Positions 19,326 through 28,852 of a DNA stretch of 64,000 nt are shown one piece after another (the stretch's first letter is position 1; each line of letters starts with the position of its first letter). A model generated the notes under the pieces. It saw only the letters and a list, made by a program, of their open reading frames with translations. It did no database searches and had not been told where the DNA came from. Both the position numbers and the translations under genes were made by a program. The stretch comes from a virus (Duplodnaviria; Caudoviricetes), in IMG/VR virus record IMGVR_UViG_3300007512_001664, positions 96,001-160,000 of that record. One strand, written 5' to 3'.

Positions 19326-20181
19326 TATCATTCATAGTAAACCCTCGCCACGAGTCTTGAATTGCATTCATTAAATCATCTACTTCTTGCTCAGTGTTTT
19401 CAACTCTAAGAGTATGTACGACGGGAACAGCTTCTTGTTTATTAGCAATTTTGTTGCATGTTAACCAATATAACACTTTATATGTCCCACTTAAAATTCT
19501 TCCTATCTCTATCATAATATCACTATGTATTTCTCCTAAACGTTGATAGTGTATATAATCAGTAACGAGATTAGTCCCATGAGGAAGATTTGGTTGACCT
19601 TGTTCTCCGTAAATAACTTGTTGCATATTTCGTCCAAAAATAGCTTCCGCTCGTTTACTTAAACCTAATATATTTTTACGTGTATCAAAGTCTAACTTAT
19701 CATCTATTATACTATTATAAGGAAATGGAGTAACACTCGGGTCGTTTGGGTCACGTGCGGGTCCATCTGGTGTTGGATCGAATTCATCTGCATAGTGCAT
19801 ATTTCTACGTTGCGGTGTTAAATATTGAGTGAATAATAAACCGACGCTTTCTGATATAGTTTGAAGTATTGTATCTTCTATATTAGGTAGTCTTTGCTCA
19901 ACTAAATCTCTTACTAAAGGATGACTTTTACGGTACTTATCTAACCACCATGCAATAAATTCTCCGCTATTATCTAGTTCTGATATATCAACCGGGTTCG
20001 CATTTGCTAAATTTACCCAGAAGTCGGCTTCTTCTGTTATTGGGTCATTTGTATATTTTATATTATCATAATCTTTAGCTAAAGAATTAAAATCTATATA
20101 TTGTGGATCTAGTGTATTTGGATTTAAAAGATTACTATCCACTATATCTGGTATGCCTGTTTTTAATGGTACTGTACTCAT
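19315..20181 (-). CDS. Hypothetical protein in the baseplate hub operon
   Basis: 288 aa; start overlaps the stop of the gp27-like gene. Confidence 0.6.
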   Translation of the reverse strand: MSTVPLKTGIPDIVDSNLLNPNTLDPQYIDFNSLAKDYDNIKYTNDPITEEADFWVNLANANPVDISELDNSGEFIAWWLDKYRKSHPLVRDLVEQRLPNIEDTILQTISESVGLLFTQYLTPQRRNMHYADEFDPTPDGPARDPNDPSVTPFPYNSIIDDKLDFDTRKNILGLSKRAEAIFGRNMQQVIYGEQGQPNLPHGTNLVTDYIHYQRLGEIHSDIMIEIGRILSGTYKVLYWLTCNKIANKQEAVPVVHTLRVENTEQEVDDLMNAIQDSWRGFTMNDIKS

Positions 20182-21563
20182 ATTTTTTCTTTATCTAATT
20201 TTCCACAAACAATTTTTGATTTAAACGTTCCCGGGCGAAGGACAGTTGTGTTTTGTAGTATAAACCATGATCCTGAAATATCTCTCATTTCTTGGTTAAG
20301 TGGAATCCCGGTTAGTTCAACGTTTATAAAATTACTACCTTTTAAATATAAATTACCATTTATTGGTATTGTTAATTTTTTAGACGTATTTATGAATTTT
20401 TGTTGCAGTGCTAATCGACCTGAATAATTATATTCATTTTTAATATTTTCAAAATTAGATAATACTGCTTTATTGGGTTTATTTAAATGAGATTCATCAA
20501 AGGCAATTGTTCTAGACGTATAATTATTAATACTTTCTTTTAATTTACCTACAGTACCTTCCTGGTTGAATAAGTTAAATTGTTTATTAGAAATATTATA
20601 TGAAGATACAGAATGATCTATTATCCAATCAGAACCAAGCCTAGAAGCTTGCGGTACAATGTTTATTGTAGATATATGAGCGGGTATAGGTTGATGGTTA
20701 TTCCAGATTGATCTGTTTGGTGGTATTCTATTAGTATATGGTTCTCTATTATCTTCTGTTTCTATTCGTATTAAACCAGTGTAATTTTTTGTTGACGCTT
20801 GTTTTATAAGCTTATCTAAAGAGTTAAGTTGATATAACCCTCTGTTTTTTGTTAGTATGCCCATATCATGAGTTTTAGATTCATATTTAGACATTAAATA
20901 GTTTAGACCTATAATTGCAGGTTCTTGATTTTTTAATGTGTATTCTACTTTTGAAGAACTTTCATCCCAATTCTTTAGATCAATAATTGACTGCGGTTTA
21001 GACTCTTTTTGGTATAGTGAGACTAATAAGTGTTTAATTGCATCACTAACTAAAATTTGTTTATCGTTTGTATTTTTTTGAGCAGCGGCTTCTACATAAT
21101 TATTTGTCGACCATGGTAATTTAGTATACATTAATGGTCCATAGTCTATATTTACAAAATAATAATTTAATACTTTTTTCTCGTCGTTAAGACCTAGTTC
21201 TACGTTTTGTACTATATATTGTTCAGCTAATATTGTAACTTTTTGATTTGTGGTAGGGTTATAAATTTGTTCAATAGTAATGTTAATAATTTCTGCTCCA
21301 CTACTAACCATATTGTAATCAAATGTTTTAAATGCTGCTATTGATTGAAATGTACTCTTTTCATTGGTGTTGTCTACTTGTAGTCTACCTCGCATAAACG
21401 GAGTAAGGTATGATGATTCAAATTGTAATTTCTTAAAATCCCTGCTAATAGTTTTAACTTGACCTTTATGATTTAAAAATTTAATTGTAACTAGATATTC
21501 AGTACCGTTAGCAGTAACTTTAAGCGGTTCATTAACTGATGGGTCTGGGACATTACTGGGCAT
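20178..21563 (-). CDS. Baseplate hub protein, gp27-like
   Basis: ESSYLTPFMRGRLQV near the N-terminus, and C-terminal INGNLYLKGSNFINVEL...DISGSWFI; follows gp53. Confidence 0.6.
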   Translation of the reverse strand: MPSNVPDPSVNEPLKVTANGTEYLVTIKFLNHKGQVKTISRDFKKLQFESSYLTPFMRGRLQVDNTNEKSTFQSIAAFKTFDYNMVSSGAEIINITIEQIYNPTTNQKVTILAEQYIVQNVELGLNDEKKVLNYYFVNIDYGPLMYTKLPWSTNNYVEAAAQKNTNDKQILVSDAIKHLLVSLYQKESKPQSIIDLKNWDESSSKVEYTLKNQEPAIIGLNYLMSKYESKTHDMGILTKNRGLYQLNSLDKLIKQASTKNYTGLIRIETEDNREPYTNRIPPNRSIWNNHQPIPAHISTINIVPQASRLGSDWIIDHSVSSYNISNKQFNLFNQEGTVGKLKESINNYTSRTIAFDESHLNKPNKAVLSNFENIKNEYNYSGRLALQQKFINTSKKLTIPINGNLYLKGSNFINVELTGIPLNQEMRDISGSWFILQNTTVLRPGTFKSKIVCGKLDKEKI

Positions 21564-21569
21564 TATACT

Positions 21570-21938
21570 TTATATTAATTGTTTTTTTATTTCTGCTAGG
21601 ATGGTGTTTATATATGATGGTTTTATAAGTTTATAACCCTTACCAATTTCAGGATTAATAGTCGGGTTTTGTATCTTATTTACACCACATATAATCCACC
21701 ATAAATTTTGATCGCCATATACTTCATATGCTAATGTCGTCCATGGAATACTAGCAGTGGTATATTGTTCAATATATACTTCTGATCCTAGTTCATCTGG
21801 AAAGTTAATTTTTTTAATAATATTATAAAAAAAATAACCATCGCATTTATTCATATTAAATATATTTTCATACCTAGTATCACTAATTGGTGATAGAGTA
21901 TCAATATTATTCCTCTTTGTTTGTAAGTCAGTTATCAT
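21570..21938 (-). CDS. gp53: Baseplate wedge protein gp53 (LysM-like)
   Basis: PWTTLAYEVYGDQNLWWIICGVNKIQNP. Confidence 0.8.
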   Translation of the reverse strand: MITDLQTKRNNIDTLSPISDTRYENIFNMNKCDGYFFYNIIKKINFPDELGSEVYIEQYTTASIPWTTLAYEVYGDQNLWWIICGVNKIQNPTINPEIGKGYKLIKPSYINTILAEIKKQLI

Positions 21939-23245
21939 TCGTCTGGTGTATTATCGCTGCCGCCGCGGCGGGTTTGTTGGTGTTTTTCAAGCGGTGATTG
22001 TTTATAAGAACCGTTCAGTTGTCCCTGAACTTTACTCATCTCCTCTGCAGTCGGTTCTCTAAATTCTTCAGTAGCATTTACAGCATTATTAAGACTATCA
22101 AAAAACAAGTTCTTCGTTTCTGGTGTAAGGCTAGTTAAGGTTAATTGTACCTCGTATCCTTCCGGAATAATAGATTCTGTTTGTTCACCTCCAATGTTTG
22201 CATGAAAGGGTCGTCTTACTCCGCAAAAATTTACATTAATCTTACTTAAATAACTCCATCGATAACTAAAAACACCCGGCAAGAAGGCTTGATATATAAC
22301 TGGTGGTGTTATTGCTGTTCTATTAATCCTGTTAGGTAAATTTTGATAAAGTAACAAATATATAAAAGTAAGATTATCGAGCGCGGTTGATTTACCGTCA
22401 TATACTGTGTTGTCTAAGTAAAAGTTTATGTTATAACTTGGCCCGGATTGAGGGTAATCGAATGTTTTAGCAAAATCAACACCTACAGCTGGTGAGAGTA
22501 AATTTGTAAGACCTGCCATCATATTAACACCTTTCATGAGCAAACCACTTGTATTTTCACCGCCCCATGAACTGCTTATTTCCTTATACGAGTCTTCTAA
22601 ATAAGGTATCTTATATTTAAAACCAGTGTAATGTATACCATATATTCTTTCATATTGTCTTAAATATGCTGGTCCAGATATAGGATCATTTCCTAGTGCA
22701 TATTGTCGTAGTGCTTCAAAGTCACTTGATATTGCGTTTGCTCCAGCTACCGCAGAGCTAAAGAAGTGATCACCCAGCAGATTGAAGTTACTTGCCAATA
22801 GATTTGCCCACCCTGATGGAGCGTTGGCGTCGACGCCGGCGTCTGACAACCCTTGCCCAATTGCACCCTGATCTGCTCCTGAAAATAATCTGTCACCTAT
22901 ATTAAGTAGTCCTGTTTTTTCTCTATTTACTAATTGATCTATAAAAAGAGCTATATTATTAAAAAACGCTGGATTTATTACTTCCATTTCCCTTAAGGTA
23001 ATAGTTGGTGTGTTATTTACAGTAACAGAATTTAATGACGATTTTGTCCACCGAAAACTCTTTACAATATTAAACACACCACCGTTAGTAGGTACCGCCA
23101 CCTTAGCCATATTTTTAGAATACCTTTGACTCTTAGCTACAGTTTGTATTGATTTAAGAAGCGTACTACCAGTAGCATTTATTGCTGGAGTAGTTCTTGG
23201 TTCAACTTCTTGAAATTTAAAATATTTTGATGTTGTTTTTATCAT
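21935..23245 (-). CDS. Baseplate tail-tube initiator, gp48-like
   Basis: GPSYNINFYL, YLSKINVNF and PEGYEVQLTLTSL resemble gp48/gp54 tube-cap motifs; lies between the tape measure and gp53. Confidence 0.55.
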   Translation of the reverse strand: MIKTTSKYFKFQEVEPRTTPAINATGSTLLKSIQTVAKSQRYSKNMAKVAVPTNGGVFNIVKSFRWTKSSLNSVTVNNTPTITLREMEVINPAFFNNIALFIDQLVNREKTGLLNIGDRLFSGADQGAIGQGLSDAGVDANAPSGWANLLASNFNLLGDHFFSSAVAGANAISSDFEALRQYALGNDPISGPAYLRQYERIYGIHYTGFKYKIPYLEDSYKEISSSWGGENTSGLLMKGVNMMAGLTNLLSPAVGVDFAKTFDYPQSGPSYNINFYLDNTVYDGKSTALDNLTFIYLLLYQNLPNRINRTAITPPVIYQAFLPGVFSYRWSYLSKINVNFCGVRRPFHANIGGEQTESIIPEGYEVQLTLTSLTPETKNLFFDSLNNAVNATEEFREPTAEEMSKVQGQLNGSYKQSPLEKHQQTRRGGSDNTPDE

Positions 23246-25422
23246 TATTTTATATTGGATAATGTGGGAGGTTTGCCGTAGTTTTGATTATCTGCTTGAT
23301 CAATGTGGTACTCATCACCAACCGTGTTCATCACCACAACCGGGCTTTGTGTTGCTCTGTTTTGTATTTGTTCGTGACGATCTAACCATTGTATAAGATC
23401 TTTTCTATTCGCATTTAAAAATTCTTGAAATATTCTTTGAGTATCGCCCTGTCTTTTTTGGAATTGAGCTGCTCCATAATCGGTCGAGAGCATTGTCTCT
23501 TTTTCTTGGTGGTGACGTGCCCAACCCTCAGCACCTACATGTTCCCTCAGAAATTCCGCTTGGCCTTGACCGTAAGCTCTAGCTAAGAGGAATTGGTTCC
23601 TGTCCGTCATGTAGGGTAGGTCAGATGCGTTAATAATACCTGCCTCGAACATTGCTTTTAACCTATTTCCTTTTATTTTATCGATGTCAGAGGACCTAGT
23701 ATAAGTTACACTTTTAATTCTATCTTGTCTTTCTGTTTTCACCTTGTCGCTCTCTTCGGCCTGTTTCATTTCCGCCCATGTCATTTCCTTTCCGTCATGT
23801 TTATATGCTTTAATAGTAGAAACCTCCTTAAGAGAGTCATCGATGGTTCTTAAATTTGTTAAGTTTTGTGTTAAAAGCTCCCCATTAGACATGTAACGTT
23901 TTTGACCGAATATTTGGTGCGAGGTAGGTGCAAATCCAGGGAACCCGTATGGGTAGTGAAGACCGTCATCATGTTTTTGTATAGTTTTTATTATCCTCAT
24001 CCGACTTTTATGGTACCTGTCATATGTATACCCAGCTACTGTCATTTGTCGGTTTTGAGCGACGTCGCTGGTTGGATCCATAAATTTAGACTCGTGCTTT
24101 TGTAAATCAGCATCAAATCCGAAGGCTCCTTGTAATATCGCTTCTGAACCTCTTTCGAGTGCCGCAGTAGGATTCAATAATACAAGACCGGCTTTTCCAA
24201 CAAGACCAGCATTATCAAATTCTTCTTTATATGATGAATACGCGTCTGGATCTGTCATGAGATCATGTGCATCTGATATTGTCATTCCTAATGTAATAAA
24301 TAGTCCAACAAGAGGTATTGCTCGAGCTCCCGTTTTTAATCCTATTTTACCGCCCATTTTGGTTGCGTTTTTTGCGAGGGTTTTATTAAATGCTTTGTTT
24401 TTCTTTCCGGGAACTCTCTTCGCTAGTTTACCAGTGTCCGCATCCTCAATACCTGTAATTTTACCGTTTGTAAAATGAAGTATACCAGCTTTTGTTATTT
24501 TAGTTCCATTATATCCTTTTAATCTCTGATATACATGAGCTGAACCTTCACCGACTCGCCGGTAATATCCACTCTTTCCCATTACTTGACCGAATGCACC
24601 TCCTACATATTGACCAGCACCTTTTGCAGCTCCCTTAATACCACGGCCCATACCACGGATCCGTTCCCGACCAAGTTTTGTTACTCCTAATCGTGTATAC
24701 TTAGCTAGACCGATTCCGCCGACACCGACAGCGGCTGTGGGTGCGAGTTTTCCTAACTCTCCAAAGACCCCAGTGCCTTCTCTACCCTCCCAGATTCCTC
24801 CAGGACCTCGAGGCCATCCGAGTTGACCGAGCCCACCTTCAGCATAATCACGACCTAAGTGCATTGCAAGTAATACAGGTACTGCAGTTGACAACCCCGC
24901 TACAGCTTTATACAACATTTGAGGAATTCCGAGCGCCGCTGCCCCTCCTCCATAAAGAAGAGACTTAAAGGGATTTTCAGACACCCATCCTAACATACCT
25001 TTATTAGATTTTTTTAATAAGGCTTCTAATTGACCTTTTGTGAGGGAGCTAGCTGGACCACTAACTGGAGCGCTAATACCTTTACCTTTAGTAGCTCCTG
25101 ACAGTCCAGGTCCGCCGCTAAGTTTCTTTAATTCCTGGAGTTGCTTTTTATTGAGGTCAACTAGGTCTGCGATGCCGCCTAATTTTGTATCTATACTCTT
25201 AAGGTGACCTTTTGTAGACTTACTAATAGAAGTATCTTTTAAGAGGAGTTTTGAAAGAGCGCTTTTTCCTCCAAATAATGTAATAAAGTCTTTGTTTAGT
25301 TTATCTATTGCCTCTTTCGTCTCTGAAGTATTAGTATCAACGTCACCAAGCCCAATAGATACATTTTCTAGAGCATCTGTTAGTTTATTTATTAGACTCG
25401 CACCTATAGATTCATTAGCCAT
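23245..25422 (-). CDS. Tape measure protein (gp29-like)
   Basis: 725 aa, Gly/Ala/Lys-rich, helical with hydrophobic segments; located between hub and gp48-like genes. Confidence 0.7.
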   Translation of the reverse strand: MANESIGASLINKLTDALENVSIGLGDVDTNTSETKEAIDKLNKDFITLFGGKSALSKLLLKDTSISKSTKGHLKSIDTKLGGIADLVDLNKKQLQELKKLSGGPGLSGATKGKGISAPVSGPASSLTKGQLEALLKKSNKGMLGWVSENPFKSLLYGGGAAALGIPQMLYKAVAGLSTAVPVLLAMHLGRDYAEGGLGQLGWPRGPGGIWEGREGTGVFGELGKLAPTAAVGVGGIGLAKYTRLGVTKLGRERIRGMGRGIKGAAKGAGQYVGGAFGQVMGKSGYYRRVGEGSAHVYQRLKGYNGTKITKAGILHFTNGKITGIEDADTGKLAKRVPGKKNKAFNKTLAKNATKMGGKIGLKTGARAIPLVGLFITLGMTISDAHDLMTDPDAYSSYKEEFDNAGLVGKAGLVLLNPTAALERGSEAILQGAFGFDADLQKHESKFMDPTSDVAQNRQMTVAGYTYDRYHKSRMRIIKTIQKHDDGLHYPYGFPGFAPTSHQIFGQKRYMSNGELLTQNLTNLRTIDDSLKEVSTIKAYKHDGKEMTWAEMKQAEESDKVKTERQDRIKSVTYTRSSDIDKIKGNRLKAMFEAGIINASDLPYMTDRNQFLLARAYGQGQAEFLREHVGAEGWARHHQEKETMLSTDYGAAQFQKRQGDTQRIFQEFLNANRKDLIQWLDRHEQIQNRATQSPVVVMNTVGDEYHIDQADNQNYGKPPTLSNIK

Positions 25423-25431
25423 CTCTATAGA

Positions 25432-25437
25432 TATTTA
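25432..25437 (-). promoter_or_regulatory. Late promoter TAAATA (tape measure)
   Basis: 9 nt upstream of ATG 25422. Confidence 0.55.
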
Positions 25438-25445
25438 ATTTAAAA

Positions 25446-26126
25446 TCAATAAAAAGAAGAGTAATCGGCTTCAAGTAATCGTATGTTAGTTACTTTTTCA
25501 AGCGTTTCAGATAGTGTTTTTGAAATAGTTCGAAGGTGTTCTATATCAAATAATAAAAATAATTCATATAATTCTTGTGTAGTTATATTATCAATAAGAT
25601 ATTCATGATTATCAATATCTATTGAATGTAGGAATCTAAAAACATCAAAAAAGATTATATCCATATCAGTGTTTTTGCTGTTACTATTTTCCAGTAAGAA
25701 CGTTAATATTGTATTCTCTTGTTGTAAGGTAGGTTGTTTAAATTTAATTTTAGGATGCATAGTACCTAAATTAAGTTTTAATTCTACATCATTTAATTTA
25801 TCTATACATTTTAAATCTTCTAATATATTAGAAGGTTTATCAGATGACTCTATATCGTTTTTCCAAAAATCTAGAAGAAATAATTTATCTCTATAAGTAA
25901 ACGTTCTTTCTGAATGTAGCTCGATTATGTGCTTGTTAATAAATTTAATATATTCAAGTACAAAAAGATTGTCTGTATTTTCCGACTCATTCGGAAGATT
26001 AGTAAAATGAGAATGTAATTTAGTTTGAAAATTTACATTTAATTTATTTAATGTTATTTCGTTACTATCTGGCAATATAACATTCGTTGTACATATATTT
26101 TTAAATTTATCTAATAGATCAGTCAT
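25446..26126 (-). CDS. Baseplate hub assembly protein (gp26-like)
   Basis: 226 aa; KFKQPTL motif; paired with the gp51-like gene upstream of the tape measure. Confidence 0.4.
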   Translation of the reverse strand: MTDLLDKFKNICTTNVILPDSNEITLNKLNVNFQTKLHSHFTNLPNESENTDNLFVLEYIKFINKHIIELHSERTFTYRDKLFLLDFWKNDIESSDKPSNILEDLKCIDKLNDVELKLNLGTMHPKIKFKQPTLQQENTILTFLLENSNSKNTDMDIIFFDVFRFLHSIDIDNHEYLIDNITTQELYELFLLFDIEHLRTISKTLSETLEKVTNIRLLEADYSSFY

Positions 26127-26790
26127 CTTTATTAAGTTTTAAATTAATTACCTTTACATATGCATTTATTGAATTTATTGTAATATTATTAAAGTCTTGA
26201 TATGTAAAATTATATTGCTTCATAAGAAGTAGCTGTTGTTGTATTAAACTTTCATAGTCTTGAACGAAACATAAATATATTATATTTATAATTATATCTC
26301 TATGATATAGAAATCTACTATTGTAGTTTTTATTTACGTAATATACATACCCGTCATTTAATTTATCAATATACGTTTGTATGTATGGCATACTTTTTTT
26401 AACTAATGACAGGGGTATATGGTCGTAGTTGTTTGGATTAACGTCTAAAAATACATTTTGGTATTGAATTCTTTTAATACAGGAAGCAGGTAATGTTGAA
26501 TCTATTCGCGGGTAACCTATAGTAATTTTATAATTATCAATATGATAGATGTCTTCATTATCGTTAGGTAGGTTTTTGAGAAAGTCATCTTTATAAATTA
26601 TTAATTCCTTTTTATCTATATCTAATTTTACACAGTCATTAGTTTCTATAAATTTTTCTCTTTTACATTTATTTAAAAAATCTATAATATTTTTACTTGG
26701 AATTTTTTGTGTAATAAACGAAAATACTTTATCATATTGTTTATGTTTATAAAGTCTTGAAACTTCTAATACGTCATTATAACTTATCAT
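26119..26790 (-). CDS. Baseplate hub assembly catalyst (gp51-like C-terminus)
   Basis: C-terminal LLLMKQYNFTYQDFNNITINSINAYVKVI parallels the gp51 FALMQHHKYSL.EIENM pattern. Confidence 0.5.
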   Translation of the reverse strand: MISYNDVLEVSRLYKHKQYDKVFSFITQKIPSKNIIDFLNKCKREKFIETNDCVKLDIDKKELIIYKDDFLKNLPNDNEDIYHIDNYKITIGYPRIDSTLPASCIKRIQYQNVFLDVNPNNYDHIPLSLVKKSMPYIQTYIDKLNDGYVYYVNKNYNSRFLYHRDIIINIIYLCFVQDYESLIQQQLLLMKQYNFTYQDFNNITINSINAYVKVINLKLNKDD

Positions 26791-26796
26791 TTAATT

Positions 26797-28209
26797 CTAA
26801 TCACCACCTTCACCGCCTTTTTTCTTTTGTCGTTCTTGATATTGTTTTGTCCATTTATCTACTGTGACGGGATTGAAGGGTACTTCCACAGGAGGTATTG
26901 TAGATTTTTTAGAAGTAGCGCTCCCTTCACGCATATCTTTTCCTTTATCTTCTATTCTTTTCTTATTTCTCTGTATTGATTCATTAAACAATCTATTCGT
27001 TTCAGCAGCGGTACGTTCCGCGATTGCAATATCTTTTTGGCTTTTATACGATTGAAAATCTGGTTGCTTTTTCAATAAGTCGATAATAGCTTTATTATCC
27101 TTTTGATTTTGTATATTTTCACGAGCTTTTTGAATTCTTTCCTCTTGTTTTGGATCAACGAGAGGTTTTATCGGTCCACCTATAGGTGGTGCACCAAGGA
27201 AGGTACCTGTTGTATTTTGATCTGCAGTTGGATCTGGTTCCGGGAAGTTCGGTAACAACGGAGGTCGTTCAGGTAGAGGGTCATATTTCGGAAGACCAGT
27301 GGGGAATTGTTTTTTCTGGGCTTCTTCTAATGTTAAATCTTCATCACCAATCTTTTTATCACCAAGCTTTTTCCGTTCGGGTGGTGTTAATGGTAATTGC
27401 GGGGCTGGGTCTTCTGGTTTAATTATTGCCTCTTTTTGACCAAGATGTGGGAATTCATGTTCTGTTGGTTCCGGCATAAAATCTTCCATAATACCTTTTA
27501 CTAAGGTCGCGCCTCGTACTGGTATACGAACATCATATTTAGAGAACCTCCAACCTACTGCTATAGAACCTAATTTTGTATCACCGTCATATTCGGCGAC
27601 ATTAGCATCCTTTATTACATATGGTATACAATCTTTATATGTATAAATTTTAGTAATTAGTGGCTCATTATCATATGGATTGTCGTTTTGTTTTGATATA
27701 AAATATATAGATATATCTGTTGTTAACCGCTGATCTCCTAAGTTACCATATACACTATATAATTGAACCCACGATCTAAATAAACTATCTATAATACTTA
27801 CATTAGTTTCAGAAAATTGTATATCTAAATCATTATCAGGAAATTCTCTTGATTCCATAAAAGGACCAACTGGTAATAACCCGTTAATTAATGTACCTTT
27901 ATTATTTACAGATGTAGTTTCTGTAGTTAGATTAACACCTGTTGATAAAAACATCCAATTATTACCACCACCAAAAAACGGTTGGAATACTTGTTTAGTA
28001 GCTAAATCTAATCCAGTTGAGTGACCGGTACCTGGTCGTATACCTAAATTATCTACATTTAACTCTATAACAGTTCCTGGTAAGTCATGGATTTGTACAA
28101 GAAAGAAATTTTGTGCAGCAGGGAAAGTTGCAAACTCCTGTAACAGTTGATAGAACTTTTGTCTTAGATCTGTTACACCAGAACTTTGTAATTGAAGGCT
28201 CGTCGCCAT
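26797..28209 (-). CDS. Tail tube paralog (gp54/gp19-like) with Pro/Lys-rich C-terminal extension
   Basis: LDIQFSETN..IIDSLFRSWV, YTYKDCIP and IAVGWRFSKY form a tube fold in the first ~230 aa; the remainder is low complexity. Confidence 0.6.
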   Translation of the reverse strand: MATSLQLQSSGVTDLRQKFYQLLQEFATFPAAQNFFLVQIHDLPGTVIELNVDNLGIRPGTGHSTGLDLATKQVFQPFFGGGNNWMFLSTGVNLTTETTSVNNKGTLINGLLPVGPFMESREFPDNDLDIQFSETNVSIIDSLFRSWVQLYSVYGNLGDQRLTTDISIYFISKQNDNPYDNEPLITKIYTYKDCIPYVIKDANVAEYDGDTKLGSIAVGWRFSKYDVRIPVRGATLVKGIMEDFMPEPTEHEFPHLGQKEAIIKPEDPAPQLPLTPPERKKLGDKKIGDEDLTLEEAQKKQFPTGLPKYDPLPERPPLLPNFPEPDPTADQNTTGTFLGAPPIGGPIKPLVDPKQEERIQKARENIQNQKDNKAIIDLLKKQPDFQSYKSQKDIAIAERTAAETNRLFNESIQRNKKRIEDKGKDMREGSATSKKSTIPPVEVPFNPVTVDKWTKQYQERQKKKGGEGGD

Positions 28210-28216
28210 ATGTAAA

Positions 28217-28222
28217 TATTTA
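28217..28222 (-). promoter_or_regulatory. Late promoter TAAATA (gp54-like)
   Basis: 7 nt upstream of ATG 28209, within the palindrome TAAATATTTA. Confidence 0.6.
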
Positions 28223-28228
28223 AGGCAA

Positions 28229-28819
28229 TTAACCTACTAAAGCACCGGCTAGTTTACCTATAGTATTTACAGTACCACGTATTGCAGCATCTCTCCTGAA
28301 GAATTGATAAGCCATAGCTATGGTAACTGTTGCAATTTCACCGTCACCTGCCATTGAATAACCAATTTCTCCACAATCAACCGGGAAAACACCGTGAAGC
28401 TTATATGTACGCATTGGTTCAAATTGAGTATTTAATTGAACTAATGTAATAGTACTATTATTATGAAGTACACCATCACCAGTAGTAGTTTCATCGTTAT
28501 AAGTTTCAGTTATCCAATTTTCCATTGCAATACGAGCATTAGTTGTCGCATCACAATAAAAGTCAATTGTATAAGAATCACTATTAGTATACGAAACAGT
28601 GCCTGGTACTTTAAACTCAAAACCATTATAAGGGACAGGTTTCGTGGCAATAGTTTTGCCTGGTAATACTGCTGTCGTAGCATATACTAGATCATTTTCA
28701 GTAAAAACAGGCACCCCCTTATTAGAAATATCTAATACACGAAATTGAAAGTCACGTGCGAAATCTCTTGTTTGCGCTACCTTATAAAAATCTTGAATTG
28801 TTTGTTTAATATCAGCCAT
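28229..28819 (-). CDS. gp19: Tail tube protein gp19
   Basis: FQFRV, LPGKTI, VPG..SY, MENW, YKLHGVFPVDCGEI, ATVTIAMAYQ; directly follows the sheath gene. Confidence 0.85.
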   Translation of the reverse strand: MADIKQTIQDFYKVAQTRDFARDFQFRVLDISNKGVPVFTENDLVYATTAVLPGKTIATKPVPYNGFEFKVPGTVSYTNSDSYTIDFYCDATTNARIAMENWITETYNDETTTGDGVLHNNSTITLVQLNTQFEPMRTYKLHGVFPVDCGEIGYSMAGDGEIATVTIAMAYQFFRRDAAIRGTVNTIGKLAGALVG

Positions 28820-28830
28820 GATGTTATAAT

Positions 28831-28836
28831 TATTTA
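28831..28836 (-). promoter_or_regulatory. Late promoter TAAATA (gp19)
   Basis: 11 nt upstream of ATG 28819. Confidence 0.6.
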
Positions 28837-28852
28837 ATGTTTACTTTAACTT

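Noticed and set aside
28213-28218. Plus-strand TAAATA in the palindrome upstream of the gp54-like gene (antisense to the gp19 3' end)
   Set aside because: No ORF follows on the plus strand; it is probably a by-product of the palindromic core.
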